A DNA stretch of 63,463 bases, the filler included, from Octopus bimaculoides (lineage: Eukaryota): NCBI RefSeq assembly GCF_001194135.2. It is 4 parts of 4 records of this genome, joined end to end, with 100 filler letters (N's around TTAATTAATTAA, not from the genome) between each part and the next. Parts side by side here need not be neighbours in the genome. Positions count along the whole stretch, not along the records: positions 1 to 25,787 come from NC_068986.1; 3 more parts are not named here. One strand, given 5' to 3'. The notes beneath the pieces were generated by a model. That model was not told where the DNA came from and ran no database searches. It worked only from the letters and a program-made list of their open reading frames with translations. The position numbers and the translations under genes were made by a program. How positions within the stretch are numbered: position 1 is the stretch's first letter; each line of letters starts with the position of its first letter. Of the stretch, positions 1 to 14,983 are shown in pieces.

Positions 1-317
1 TTTGGAAGCCTAATACTTATTTTATCGGTCTCTTTTGCCAAACCGCTAAGTTACGGGGACGTAAACACACCACCATCGGTTGTCAAGCAATGGTGAGGGG
101 ACAAACACAGACACGCAAACACACATACATATATATATATATACATATACATGTATACAACGGGCTTCTTTCAGTTTCTGTCTACCAAATCCACTCACAA
201 GGCTTTGGTCGGCCCGAGGCTATATTAGAAGACACTTGCCCAAGGTGCCACGCAGTGGGACTGAACCCGGAACCATGTGGTTGGTAAGCAAGCTACTTAC
301 CACACAGCCACTCCTGT
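1..317 (-). mobile_element. Abundant tRNA-derived SINE (family A), partial copy
   Basis: Reverse complement matches the full copy at 59027-59445 (head ggagtggctgtgtggtaagtagcttgcttaccaaccacatgg, internal CA/TA microsatellite). Many further copies, e.g. 19775-20160, 23950-24637, 37260-37720, 54300-54720, 57070-57190, 62810-62930. Confidence 0.85.
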
Positions 318-384
318 AAAGTAAAATGGAAAATACACACATAGGATAAACAATTTATTTATTAATTATCATAATCAATTCATA

Positions 385-477
385 TTGCCTACGTGGTGTT
401 TCAGTTTGTTGCTCTATTCAAATTTGTATATTTAAAGTGCATTATGAAGTTGAAAGCAAAAAACCTCCTCAAAGCAA
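385..477 (-). ncRNA. Degenerate type-I hammerhead ribozyme motif
   Basis: Minus strand reads TTGCT-TTGAGGA-GGTTTTTTGC...GCAACAAACT-GAAAC-ACCAC-GTA-GGCAA. Stem I is 5 bp, stem II 10 bp with one mismatch, stem III 2 bp, GUA cleavage triplet; C3 is changed to U. It lies downstream of a Penelope GIY-YIG remnant on the same strand. Confidence 0.55.
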
Positions 478-999
478 ATTGACTTCTATAGAACTTCCAA
501 TATCATTAATTGGTATAGAGCTAAACTGGTGTATGCTTGGAAAATTTATCCCTAGGAAAGAACAATCTCTTTTCATACAAATATAAATATAGTATAAAAG
601 CAATAGAAAGTGTACAGTGAACTTGCCATGAGGAGTGGAAAATCCAACATTCCAGACAGTCTTTTTTCAGGGGTAAAGTAGAAAGGAGAGAAATTAATAA
701 GAGGCAGCAGAGTTTTACATCCCTAAGTTAAAAGAAACTGCCTGTAATTGATAAGGACTGCAGGACCACATGAGCTTCTTATGTGAACAAGAAGAGAAAT
801 AATGCAAGAAGGAAGAAGGAAAGAATAATGGAATGAAGAGAAGCATGCAAAATCAAAAGAGAAGGGAGATGAAAGATGAGAAACGGTTTAAGGAATTAAA
901 GGAGGTGTACAAGTAAAAGGAAAACGTTCATTTAAACATATAGTGATATGGTGCCAAGTTCAAATATGAAATGTTGCTCCATCTATTTACTTAAGAATG

Positions 1000-1200
1000 T
1001 GGATCCATGCCACAACTGATAAGTGATGGAATAGCCTGTAGTATTGAAGAGGGCAGGACAAGTTGGCCAAGCATACTTAGCAGTAAGCTTCAAATATGTT
1101 CCTGAAAGCAACCAGAAAGGTGTCAGCCTGTTTCTCCAATGTAAAGTACACTGCAGAGTTTGTATATGATGCAATATGTTAGGTTAGCCAATGTGCAACA
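1000..1200 (-). mobile_element. Penelope-like element remnant (GIY-YIG endonuclease)
   Basis: Minus-strand translation CIIYKLCSVLYIGETG*HLSGCFQEHI*S, then a frameshift to FNTTGYSI. This matches the Penelope GIY-YIG motif C..C...YIGETGRRL..RF.EH...HFN..GHS. Confidence 0.7.
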
Positions 1201-2779
1201 GAAGTTCTGAGTAATACAATGTTGTTTCTTAGGTTACTCATTTCAACACTACAGGCTGTTCTTTCACTCATTTATCTCTTATCAGTTATGATTCATGAAA
1301 GAATACCTGCAGCTTATATAAACATATTATCATCAATATGATTAAACTGGCAGTTATTAGTATCATGCAGCTGTTTCTCTTTACTAGAGTACTTATAACT
1401 AATAAACAGAGCAACAAAACATTTTGTTTTGTGTTTTATTTTTATTATACCCAAAGCAAAAGGGTATTTATACCCAAAACAAAAGGGAATTATAAAAGAC
1501 TTAATTACTTCCATGTGCACTGAATATGAAAATAAAGAACTACTGTACTCAAAAATTAGTGTCTATCAAGGAGCAAAATAACTTGGTTGCTATCAGTTGT
1601 ACAATTGAAGATTAAAACATTAGCTTCTAACTATATATAATTTATCTATGAAGAGTCTTTATGTCCACACAAACCTAAATAAGGTCAAAAGCATAAAGAA
1701 AATATATATTTAACAACTTACACATTGTTCCCAATGTTTGAGTTTAATCTTTTTCAAAAGTTTCCAGCTGCAATAAACATTTCATATGAGATATCTTACA
1801 TCAAAAGACAACAGCAGAACACCACAAATGGACCATTCGGCAAATTTATATAGATTTTCATTACCCTAAACAAGCTAGCTGCATGTTTAAGCAGCTAGCA
1901 TCTACAGTAAAAGTATTTTTTACCTATATTCTACGTTAATATATTTCAATCAGAATGCTTTATTGTCATTCATTTCAACCGGAAATATTAATAAAGGCAA
2001 TTAGTGTGTCTAATAAAGATCCACTTGACACAGCTTATTACTTGTGGTTAGGAATATATAAAAAGGACAACTCTGGTCAAGTACCACAGAGGAAAAATTA
2101 AGCATATCATTAGTGAATGACTAAACAACAATATGGTCTAAACAGGAAAATGTTGCTTACTTGATAGCAATGTCTCTACAGTAATTTCCAACATCATTGT
2201 GCCAATTGATGCCATTAATTAGATGATTGTGGAAAAGAAAAGGGGGGGGATATTTTCTTCTTATATAAAGTGTGATGGGAAATGATTCTCACACAACTTC
2301 CAGTTAACATACTAGTAACCATTAGAGTGAGCTATCTTCTTTCTGCAGATAAATATTTTACAACCCACCCCCATACAATAAAATACAAGCAAAAGGTCTT
2401 TTAATATTAAAGGATTCTTTTTTAAATAGATACAAAACAAAAAAATATTGCTGGTTTATATTGTTTTCAAGCCAACTCTTAAACATCTTTTTTTAACCAT
2501 CTCATCTACTACTTTTATTATTATGATATACAAATGCAATTCACTCAGGGCTCTGGAATTTAGCTCAAATTTTATACTGTTAAGCAACTGGGGAAATTTT
2601 CACCTGTATATGCAACTAGTCTACTGTAGGTAAAATTCCTAGATCTGAAACCTATTGTTAGATGAAATACTATTTCTAGCAGACCAAATGATTGCATAAG
2701 AAGCTTGTAGCAGGTATATTTAGCAATTAGATAACTATATCTGGTGTCATGATTCACTAGAATATTACCCACTTGATCC

Positions 2780-3610
2780 AAAACATCTGCTCAATCAAGA
2801 CTTCATTTAGAACTTCATTTTTTCACACTTTTCTCTCTAAGCTTATCCATCACTATAAATTCAGCACACCTTAGCTACTTTGACAGACACTATAGAAGAT
2901 GGCAGACAGCAGTTGACCCAAGCAAAGGCAACACAACAACCAGCAGCTAACTTTTTAACTGCTGCTATAACCATATCAACCCAAGAAAACTAATAGTTAA
3001 CATAAGCTTATACAGTACTTCATGTATAACACAGCACTGCATTGGGCACAAAAACATCTTCTGATAGTACTATGCAATTTAACCAATTCTTAGTCTTACA
3101 TTCACCCTTTTCTAATGCATGCTCCTTTATACACTTCACATCTGCAATTTCTGCACTATTCTCATCATCTCATTCAATTCACCATGAATGGGCATTTCAC
3201 AGGCAGGGAGTTAGTTATGTAGCAAGAATATTTAGCAATCAAATAACAATATCCAAAGTCATGATTTGTTAGAATATTATCCACAATAAAAAACATCTGA
3301 CCAATCAAGACTTCACCTAGAACTGGCTCCAATAACCATTTCATCTTTTCATGCCTTTCTTTCTTAGCCCATTCCTCACTATAAATTCAGTGCACCTTTA
3401 CTTTGACAGATACCATAGGAGATGGTCAACAGAGATGGTGGGCAGCAGTTGACCCAAGCTGACAGTGCAAAAGCAATGAACAGCTGGAGACAAAAGACAT
3501 TAGCAGCCAATAGCACAGCAGGCAGCTAACCACAATGAACAATGGAGGACAACTCAATGACCAGCAGCTAACTTTTTGACTGCAGCTACAACCACATCAA
3601 CCCAAGTAAA
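2780..3610. repeat. Two related direct-repeat units (~2780-3000 and ~3290-3610)
   Basis: Shared blocks aaaacatctg..caatcaagacttca, cactataaattcag..cacctt..ctttgacaga, gcagttgacccaagc and cagcagctaactttt occur in both units. Confidence 0.6.
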
Positions 3611-5289
3611 ATAATATCCAAACTCTCTCAATGTTTTGTCATTCATAATAACATTTTTCTTTGTTTACAGAAAGAATAAATATTTTGTTTATAAAAAATC
3701 TCAACAGATATCAGTGTTCCATTTCACATGGGCTTAATGATTCATATACATGTATATGTTATATTTGTAAAATGTGTGTACAATTTCTATGTATCTATGT
3801 GACTATCCTGTGTGTATATACTGTTTCATGTGCATTGTATTTGTGTATATATGTATATAGCAGCAAGTTGTAATGTGTGTTAGAGAGAGAGAAAGAGGAG
3901 AGAGAGACCAGGTAAATGTGTATTAATAAACATATTTAAAGTATATAGTGTCATGTCAACTATCTAGTGATTCATACTCAAGAAAATTTAAAAACAATTA
4001 ATTATATCTGGTAGAGTGGTAGGGAATACAACTGAAACAATATGGAAGGTAGACAGGTAAGGAACACAATTGAAACAGGTAGAGAACCCAACTGAAGCAA
4101 AAACCAGGAAAATTCTCACCATAGATTACTCTTTTTGATTTAGCTTCTATGTGAACAGATAGATATCTTAAACATAGTAATGTGTGTCAATTCAACTATC
4201 TGAGCCTCTAGACAACTACTTAACAGAGGCAATTAATGATGAAGTCCTAATTATTGTTCTTCTTTTTATCATATTTATCTGTTTCTGAGTAAAAGTAGTA
4301 AGAATGCAAAATATATAACAAAAAAGGAGAAGACTTTGATAGTTTCATGAATATTTAATTGTTCCAACTAAAGGCTTTGAGAGCTATTTTCTTTACTTTG
4401 TTCATGCACTCAGAGAGTATAATGAATAAATCTCCTTCTTTTGTTTTACCATTTACTTACGAATTGTTATGAGAGTACAAATGACTGAGTAAATTGTTTT
4501 AGTTAAAAATGTATTGCTGCCTTTGTTTAACCTCAAATCAGCAATGAATAAGCTCTATGATCAAAGACATTCTAATTGTGACCAACCCATACTTATTTCA
4601 ACATAGTGTATCTATGACCACATTATTTCAGTGTGTAGGATCTTTGAAGGAGACTTTGGCAGTTACTTCTAGTGGGTTGAGGAATGTGTACAGCCTCCTT
4701 CTTTGGTTGGCTTCAGTCCTTGTTACTTTTCAAGCTACTCACTTCTTTTTATTTAGAGCATATTTTTATCATTAGCAAAACTAAGCCTTAGTTAACGAAT
4801 ACCAAATAACTAACTGAAATGTGTTTTATTAGCTTGCAGAGCAACAGACTGCTATTCATATACAAAGGATGATGTCTTTCAATTATTTCATACTATCAAA
4901 GCTGAATAAAGTTCTCCTATTACACAACATGCTTCTGATATACTTTTAACCCTTCCTAAGTTGTTTTCTAGTGATAAAAAATAAATTCTAAAACAGCAAT
5001 GCTCCCATTTTCCTTAAACAAAAATATTGTAGATCACAGTACATTTTCAAATGAAGTAAATGAACATTTCATATATTTTCTGTTTAAATAAAAATCAAAC
5101 TAGGAAAGAGGGACTAGATTTTAATTTTGAATTTAAGTTTCAAATTAGGAATTCATATCTATGGAACACTCAATGGGTAATAACCTTAACTGGACCATAT
5201 CAGAAAATCTGGTACTTTCTCAACAGAAAGGCAAACTGAAGAAATGTAAAATAAACCTATATTATTATTATTTGCAGTCAATCATTGTG

Positions 5290-8200
5290 ACTATGACTGT
5301 TCATGGCTTTGGCATGACATGATAAGCTTTCTCCATACCAGTTGGTTTTTCACTTGAGTTTGCCATTTATTGTGATCAACTCTTTACCACTTCACATTCC
5401 TTTTTGCAGCATCTTTGAATATCAGCTTAGGTCTTCCAGGGTTTTTTCCTTCTTGCACATTTGGGAGTAAAGGAGTCTGCTGTTGTCCATCCTGTGTATG
5501 TATCTCAACTATTGTAAATTTCTATCAATGAGGATTTCTATCATAGGAGGCAGACCAGTACACTGGAAGATCTCTTCATTCCTGATCTTGCCAGAGTGAT
5601 ATTCATAAACTCATCATATATGCATGTAACTTGTCAACTTGAGCATTATAAACTGTCCAGGTTTCAGCTCCATACAGCAGGGAAGAAAGCACTATAGCTT
5701 GGTATACCTTGCATTTGAGCCATAAAAGTAAAGCACCTGGCAGATGTGACATACCCACAGATATCTGGAAGCATGGAGGTGTGAAGCTTAATTATAGCCT
5801 TATAGCATTGTGCTCCAGGTCTGGAAAATGGAAATAGCTTCACAAGACTGGAAAGATGCAGACACTCAAAAAAGGTTGTAGAGCGGGCTGTGGAAACTAT
5901 CAAAGAATATCTCTTCTATCAACAGCTGGGAAGATCTTTTTTGCATGGCCTCTCCTGTAGCCTGCCAAATGAAGAACTAGCTCTGTTCACTCAGTATGTG
6001 ATTTCCTGATACAGTCATGCATTATCTAAGATGGTGCTGCCTAGGTGTTTGAATGCTTTGCACTGGACTAGCCCTTCATCTCTAATAGTGTTACAGGGGC
6101 AGGCAGGTTCTCCACAGGTTAAAAAAAGACATTTGGTTTTTCTGATGTTAATCTTTAAGCTGAACTGTTGTGGAGTTCTGGCAAAGTTATCTACCAGTTT
6201 CTGCATATCTTCAGTGGTGCTGTGGGCAACCAGCACACCATCATCAGTGCACAAAGCATCTCTTGCACAAAGATCTTCGTAGTGCATATCTTTCCTTTAT
6301 ACTGTGCAACATTCAACAGATCAGCATCATGCAGCATCTAAATTTAAATCCCTCTTCAAAGGCAACTTCCAATGCTGCTGTGAGAAAGAGGGAGAACAGT
6401 GCTGGAGCATGTATGCACTCGTTTAACTCCATTTGTCACTCAAACTCACCTGAAATATTGCTAAATAATGCCTGCATTACTTCAAACAGGGACCTGACCA
6501 AGCTGATGAACCTTTGAAAACGTCCATGTTTCTTAAGAACTATCCAAAGTTCATCACAGGAAACTGTATCAAAAGCATATTAACATTGCATACATAGGCA
6601 TGTTCTGCTCAATGCATTTTTCCTGAATTTGGTGAAGACAGAAGATCATGTCCACAATAATTCTACCCGAACAGAAGTCACATTGAGTCTCATGTAAGAC
6701 ATTTGGATAAATATACTTATTCAGTCTGTTTAATAGAATATGAGCCAAGATCTTCCCAGCTGTTGATAGAAGAGATATTCTTTGATAGTTTCCACAGCCC
6801 ACTCTACAACCTTTTTTGAGTGCCTGCATCTTTCCAGTCTTGTGAAGCTATTTCCATTTCCCAGACCTGGAGCACAATGCTATAAAGCTATAATTAAGCT
6901 TCACACCTCCATGCTTCCAGATATCTGTGGGTATGTCACATCTGCCAGGTGCTTTACCTTTCATTTCTTTGATTGCATCATTGAATTCCTTGTAAAGAAG
7001 TTCATCATCTAATGGTTGGCTGTTGTGTAACCTTCTTAAAGGTAGTATAGTCCATGACACCTGGGATATTAATCAAGCCATCAAAGTGATGGGTAAGTCT
7101 ATCAAGGGTCTACAATTTTTCCTGGAATACTGTTTTGTTGTTAAGAACTATGACTTTTATTGTGCCTCTTCTTTGTGGCCCATATACCTCTCAAAGTCCT
7201 AAAGCTTTTATATCATTTTTATTAGCATAATGCTCGAGTTCTTCAGCTTTGGCCTCCCACCAACTTGATTTCAGTTTCCTAGTATATTGTTACAGCTGCC
7301 TTCTTGCTTCCACCAGTTTTCTTCTGTTTCACCTTTTGTTGCAATTTAACTGCCTTGCCTTTGCAATGTTCATTTCTTATGGCAGGGTCTGTAGATGTAT
7401 GTCATTCTGGTTGAACCAATCTTGAAGTTTTCTCACTGTTTTACCAAGGACTTGTTGAGCTGTTTCATATGTAGTTATTTTTAAAATGTTTCATTTTTCC
7501 TCAAGCCCTTTGTTTCGACTATTTTCTCATCCTCCCAAAGCTTTATCCAGCTATTCCTGTAACTCTTGTTTCACTTTGGGATCTCAGAGTTTCATGATGT
7601 TTAGCTTATTTTTTGGTTGACCTTTTGTCTTCATGTTTCACTGCCTGAAAGCAAAAGTGACCTTTGATCTGATCATGGGATGGTCAGTGGAGCAGTTTGC
7701 ACCTCTTATGGCTCTTGTATCCAAGATATCATTCTGATCTCTTCTTGGGATAACTATGTTTAACAAATCTAACGAGTGCCAATGCTTGGGGCAAGGGTGC
7801 ATCTAAGTGGTCTTTTGATGGTCTTTGTGTTTGAAGACTGTGTTTGCAATTACTGTGTTTGCAATGAACTTAGAGCAGAGAGCTAGAAGAAGATCAGTGC
7901 TTAAGTTACACTTTCCTACTCCATGTTGACCTATCACACCAAGCTATATGTCAATATCTCTCCCTACTCTTGCATTGAAATCTCCTGCAAATATTAACTT
8001 GTCTTTGCTGGGGACATTGCACAGCACCTCTCTCAGCTTAGCATAGAATTCTGCTTTTGCTTTCTGAGGGTTATCTATTGTGAGTATGCAGACACTGACA
8101 ATTGTAGTGTAGACCTTTTTGTAGAATGATTGTTTCATTGTCATTCACAGGTGTTGGGTCTTTCTCCAGTTGTAAAGCAACAGAGTTCCTCATTGCAAGG

Positions 8201-9040
8201 CCAACACCAGCTGCTCTCCTTCTCTCTTCCCACTCCAGAAGAATGTGTATCCATGATCTACCATGCTATCATATGCAGGTAATTGGATTTCACACAAAGC
8301 AACAATGTCGTACAACTAGAGCAGTCTGACACTCAGGCCTTTGAGATCTTGTTTTATTCCATTCAGCAATATTCATTGTTTTCCTGTATCCTATCTTACT
8401 TTTCCTTGGCTGCAGGATCAGGAGCAAACCAGCACAGACCATGTTTACCTGGGCAGTGTTTGAGCTAGTATGGGAATCTTTTGTTTTTGTCATTTCATTT
8501 ACCATAGAACTGCTTGCAAAGTCATGAAGTGAAACTAGCTTTTGCAATTGGTTAGTATCACTCTCATGGTACAACCTTAATGTTGTCCAATGGGCAAGGA
8601 CAGGCCAAGACATGCTGGCATGTGTCATACTGTAACAGCTGGTTGAATGATAGGTTTGTTTATCTCCTCCCTTGGATGATGCCACAGGTCATCATCCAGG
8701 AGTAGTCTATCATAGACCTTGTAAAAAGTTTTTTAAAATATTAATTTTTAAATATTTTCAAATTTTAGTTATATGTACACATATATAAATTAAAAATTCT
8801 ACCTATATATTTTCACACACACTCACAAATGATCCCACCAACACCCATACATACACACACATGCAACAACACACTGCTTACATATATATACTCTTATGAG
8901 GTCCTCTGCCCTTTGTTGAGTTTAGTGTTTTTAGTTCTGTAGGGTGTCCAAAATCCTCCTCCTCACTGAGCAGGCTTTGTGGGGTGGCCAATTTAGTTGC
9001 CAATGACCTGACCATGAAACATGTTGGGTTGTCAGCAACT
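5290..9040 (-). mobile_element. Decayed near-full-length RTE-clade LINE (APE + RT)
   Basis: Minus-strand peptides: KLIFAGDFNARVG (endonuclease, ~7950-8010), KGKAPG..DIPTDIWKHGG, ISLLSTAGKILAHILLNRL..ETQCDFCSGR..DMIFCLHQIQEKCIEQN, (Y)TDDGVLVAHS, KCKVYQAIV..LYGAETW. Many stops and frameshifts; ends are approximate. Confidence 0.85.
5728..6957. repeat. 211-bp inverted duplication (5728-5938 is the reverse complement of 6747-6957)
   Basis: Direct comparison shows about 4 substitutions. The ORF track gives the same peptide (MIVSTA.STTFFECLHLSS...) on opposite strands. Confidence 0.9.
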
Positions 9041-11140
9041 GAAGCAGCAACATAAAATAAACTATTCTACACAAAATCAATATGAAATGTCAGCAGCAAA
9101 TCTAAATTCAAAACTCAAATGGCAGAAATCCAACATGAAAACAATGAAACTTTCTTGGAATATATGTATGTGTGCTTTTGTGTGTTTTATAGGGTGGTAG
9201 TGCAAATTATCTAATTCATTACAAATAAATCTGAAACCCACCCATACACTTCATCAGAAATGACAGAAAGATATAACTTCAGCAGGTTATATCAAATTAT
9301 CACAATAAAATAGCTACAATATTTTACAATAGCTGAGCTTCTAAAAAGCTCCACTCTTTCTTCATGTTAATCAACAAGCATTGCTGTGAGGCAAGTGTCA
9401 CCAAAGATTCAAAAACAGTAAGTTGTCAGTCTAGCAATAAGGTCCAAAACCAATGAAACATTTGTCCTGTAATATGATGACTTAACTTACATCATCAATA
9501 TCTACACTTAACATAAGTTTCTCTACAATGCTTTGAAAAACTAAATTGACATATTATGTAAGTAATATGAGCAACATATGCTCCTAGCAAGGCAAATCCA
9601 TGACAGTCTTGATTCCCATTTTGTAGCTATTGAACATCATAACACCAAAATATTGTGTTCATTTTAAGAAACTACACTTAAAGTGTTTGCTATAAAATAG
9701 ACATAAGCATCCAGTGATTAAGCCATTTAAAATATGTCAGCATGGGATAAAACAGAGAGGTATAACTTTCATGAAAACTTATTATTGATACATATTTTTT
9801 TAGGTTTGGATACCTCTCCTGTAGCCAACCGTAACTTTTTTTCCAAGTAGATGATTTTTTAATTCAACTAGTTTTCAAAAGTACAGAGCTACAGGAAGTA
9901 TTGTTTACAGGGATGTAAACAACTTTTACACTTGTTTTTTATGTATATGTGTGGGGTGGTAAGTTTTCTCCCCTTCTTATCTATCAGTAACTCTACATCT
10001 ACTTTCTTCCAAACTGTTTATTCAACCTCATCAGAGAGGCCAACTTCTTAATGTTACCTCATTACTTGTTAAAGCACAGAATTAATATAAGAGATAGGGG
10101 AGTAGACGTGAGATACTATGGTTGATATAGTATAGGTGAGAAGTTCAAATACAACTGTAAGTATTCCACCGTATATTTGTGCATGAAAGAGTCATTTGTG
10201 CTCATACTATCATTCACTGAGCTGATGGGAAACAGTGTCAGAGATATTCTGAGAAGGTTATCTGAGAGATAGACTAATATACCATCCAGCAGGTGATTTC
10301 TCTCTAACCTGCTTAATGCCATGGTACATTTAGCTATACACTAACCATTATGAGTTAGTTGGCAGGGGAAAAGGGGGGCAGAAACATTACCCTTATATTA
10401 TATTAAGGCTAAGTTACACATACAAAACCTAGTTTCTAACATGAAAATAGATTTAGAAGTCATTTGACAGCATACTCTGCATATACATTCACAACACCCA
10501 CCCCCATACAATATTTATAAAGCACATTCATATCTATTGTTTCATTTTTTTGTCCATTTTTCCATACTGACAAAGATTGGACAAAGGCTAATTACTGAGA
10601 CAGTATTTTATGGCTGAATGCCCTTCTGGTTCACAACATTCAGCTGCTTTTCAAACAACAGATATTTTATGTCATAAGTTTTTAAAAGAGTAGAACTACA
10701 GGAAGTACTATTTACAGGGACTGTAAATACAACATCACTAGTTTGCTCAAATGGTTTTGTGGAAAGATGTGGGATGTAAAACATACATGCACACATATGA
10801 ACACACATATAAGCACACAACACATACACACACACATATATATCCATATATACATATGTACATGTATATGCATATTTGCATAGACACATACATACAATGA
10901 GCTTCTATATTATTTCCCTCTACCAACTTCACTCACATTGAGCATTGGTTGGCTGTGCCATGTAGTGGCACAGCCAATGAAACTACATGGTTACAAAGTG
11001 AACACCATATCCATACAGCCATACCTGTGCTGATTGAGTGACTGACTGACTGACGGATAGATACTGACTCATGCCAACATCCCACCCTACCATGTATGGT
11101 AACCAATGCAAGGAACTGATGTCGTTGAATACATTATGTT

Positions 11141-12801
<1,661 letters not shown>

Positions 12802-12804
12802 GTC

Positions 12805-14575
12805 ACTGATTCCTTTATATCTGCCATCTATTGTTTGTAAATCCCCTCTTATCCTCTATCTATTGTTACTGATCTCTTTATATCCTCTATCTATTGTTAA
12901 TAAATCCCGTATATCCTCCATATTTTGTTAGTGATCCCTTCATATACTTAATCTATTGTTAGTAAATCCCCAATATCATCCATCTGTTGTTATTGATCCC
13001 TTTATATTCTCCATCTATTGTTACTGGTCCCTATATATCTTCCATTTATCTATATATATAAAAATGAGAATGTGTGTCTGTCTGTCTGTCTGTGTGAATC
13101 CCTAAAACTCGAGAACTACGCAACCAATTTCATTCAAATTTTACACATGCCTTACTTAGGGTTCCAGTTGTGTTTTAGTCAAAAAAAATCTTTTAACTTC
13201 TTGCAGAGTTCGAGCCCACGGCAACATAATATCTCCTCCACTATTTAAGTATTACGTGTCAAAAGTGAAACAAAAAACACTCCTGTCAAATACTTTCACT
13301 TTAAAAATGAAACTATTCTACTAACTGAAACAATCACATTTCGATACTCTAATGACAGATACTTTCAGAGAAAGAGAGAAAGAGAGAGAGAGAGATGNNN
13401 NNNNNNNNNNNNNNNNNNNNNNNNNNNNNNNNNNNNNNNNNNNNNNNNNNNNNNNNNNNNNNNNNNNNNNNNNNNNNNNNNNNNNNNNNNNNNNNNNNNN
13501 NNNNNNNNNNNNNNNNNNNNNNNNNNNNNNNNNNNNNNNNNNNNNNNNNNNNNNNNNNNNNNNNNNNNNNNNNNNNNNNNNNNNNNNNNNNNNNNNNNNN
13601 NNNNNNNNNNNNNNNNNNNNNNNNNNNNNNNNNNNNNNNNNNNNNNNNNNNNNNNNNNNNNNNNNNNNNNNNNNNNNNNNNNNNNNNNNNNNNNNNNNNN
13701 NNNNNNNNNNNNNNNNNNNNNNNNNNNNNNNNNNNNNNNNNNNNNNNNNNNNNNNNNNNNNNNNNNNNNNNNNNNNNNNNNNNNNNNNNNNNNNNNNNNN
13801 NNNNNNNNNNNNNNNNNNNNNNNNNNNNNNNNNNNNNNNNNNNNNNNNNNNNNNNNNNNNNNNNNNNNNNNNNNNNNNNNNNNNNNNNNNNNNNNNNNNN
13901 NNNNNNNNNNNNNNNNNNNNNNNNNNNNNNNNNNNNNNNNNNNNNNNNNNNNNNNNNNNNNNNNNNNNNNNNNNNNNNNNNNNNNNNNNNNNNNNNNNNN
14001 NNNNNNNNNNNNNNNNNNNNNNNNNNNNNNAATTGTCAAGTAAATGAGACGCATCTTTGCCTCCACTGATTCACTTGCAAAGTGTTGAGTAAAATTATTT
14101 CGTTGCAGACCTCCTTTGGGTCTTTTTATTATCACTGCGACACACATAGTCCCCAGTTGGTAACATTGATTTCAAGGCCCTCCTAGATGAGAGACTGGCA
14201 TTCCACTTAATGTCTATGTTCCATGCTGGCATGGATTGGAGAGTTAGTAATGTAGAAATATGGTATCGTAGCTACTAACAGTTGAGGTTTGCGTAGTCTA
14301 GACAGCGTTTTTAGATTTCATTATTCTTTTTAACCCGGGCAAAGCCGGGTATTTCTGCTAGTAGTTAATAAAGCCCTATATCCTTCATCTATTGTTACTG
14401 ATCCCTTTATATCCTCTATCTGTTGCTAGTGATCACATTGTATCCACCATCCCCTGTATCCTCCATCAACTATCACTAAATTACACATATCATCCATTTA
14501 TTGTTACCAATTCCACTACATTCTCTATCTATTGTTATTGATCTCTTTGTATTCTCCATCTATTTTTACTAATCC
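12805..14575. repeat. Degenerate ~31-bp minisatellite (gatccctttatatcctccatctattgttact) split by a Helitron
   Basis: Units run 12805-13048 and resume at ~14370-14575. Confidence 0.75.
13049..14361 (+). mobile_element. Non-autonomous Helitron (spans a gap)
   Basis: 5' A|TC(tatatatataaaaatgag). The 3' subterminal GC hairpin acccgg-gcaaag-ccgggt is followed by CTAG|T. Inserted at an A-T dinucleotide with no TSD. Confidence 0.7.
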
Positions 14576-14804
14576 TGAAATACCCATAATAGTTTCTTCA
14601 CTTCTGAACTAACAAATATTCTTTTATCATCCTTTTATTCAACCTAAAACTGCATCAGATGCTTCAATCAAATCTTTAAACCCAGAATGGCAACTGTCTA
14701 TAACTCTGTCTGTTAACATTGTTCTTGCTTAGCTCTATATTAACTGTATTTGAGCAAAATTTGATTGTAGACATTCAAGCCATAACAATTTGTTTTGGGT
14801 TTGC

Positions 14805-14983
14805 TCATTTCTTTCTTTTTTTCCTTTCATCACCAGTACATCTAGAATCATATTTTCTGTGTCCATTATTAAAGTGGTTTTCACTAATGACATCAACCTG
14901 CTGAAATTCAAATTGAATATCTACTGCATCATTCTCACCTGTCTGAGATGACATGCAAATGTCATAGGCACTACCCCTCCTGA
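14805..14983 (-). CDS. Candidate exon of unknown gene (terminal 179 nt, or 45-nt internal exon 14939-14983)
   Basis: Strong acceptor (poly-T...ttctaaattgttttccag). Open frame RRGSAYDICMSSQTGENDAVDIQFEFQQVDVISENHFNNGHRKYDSRCTGDERKKRKK*, with an internal donor CAG|gtgaga at 14938. No recognisable family. Confidence 0.3.

Noticed and set aside
10020-10320. CTGATGAGG (minus) after a faint FSEYL* GIY-YIG-like peptide
   Set aside because: No GAAA after the short hairpin; protein similarity too weak to call.
13352-14147. Long ORFs running through N runs (also 47349-48100, 49006-50052, 55311-56006, 60219-60641)
   Set aside because: Their length comes from untranslated Ns and flanking microsatellites.
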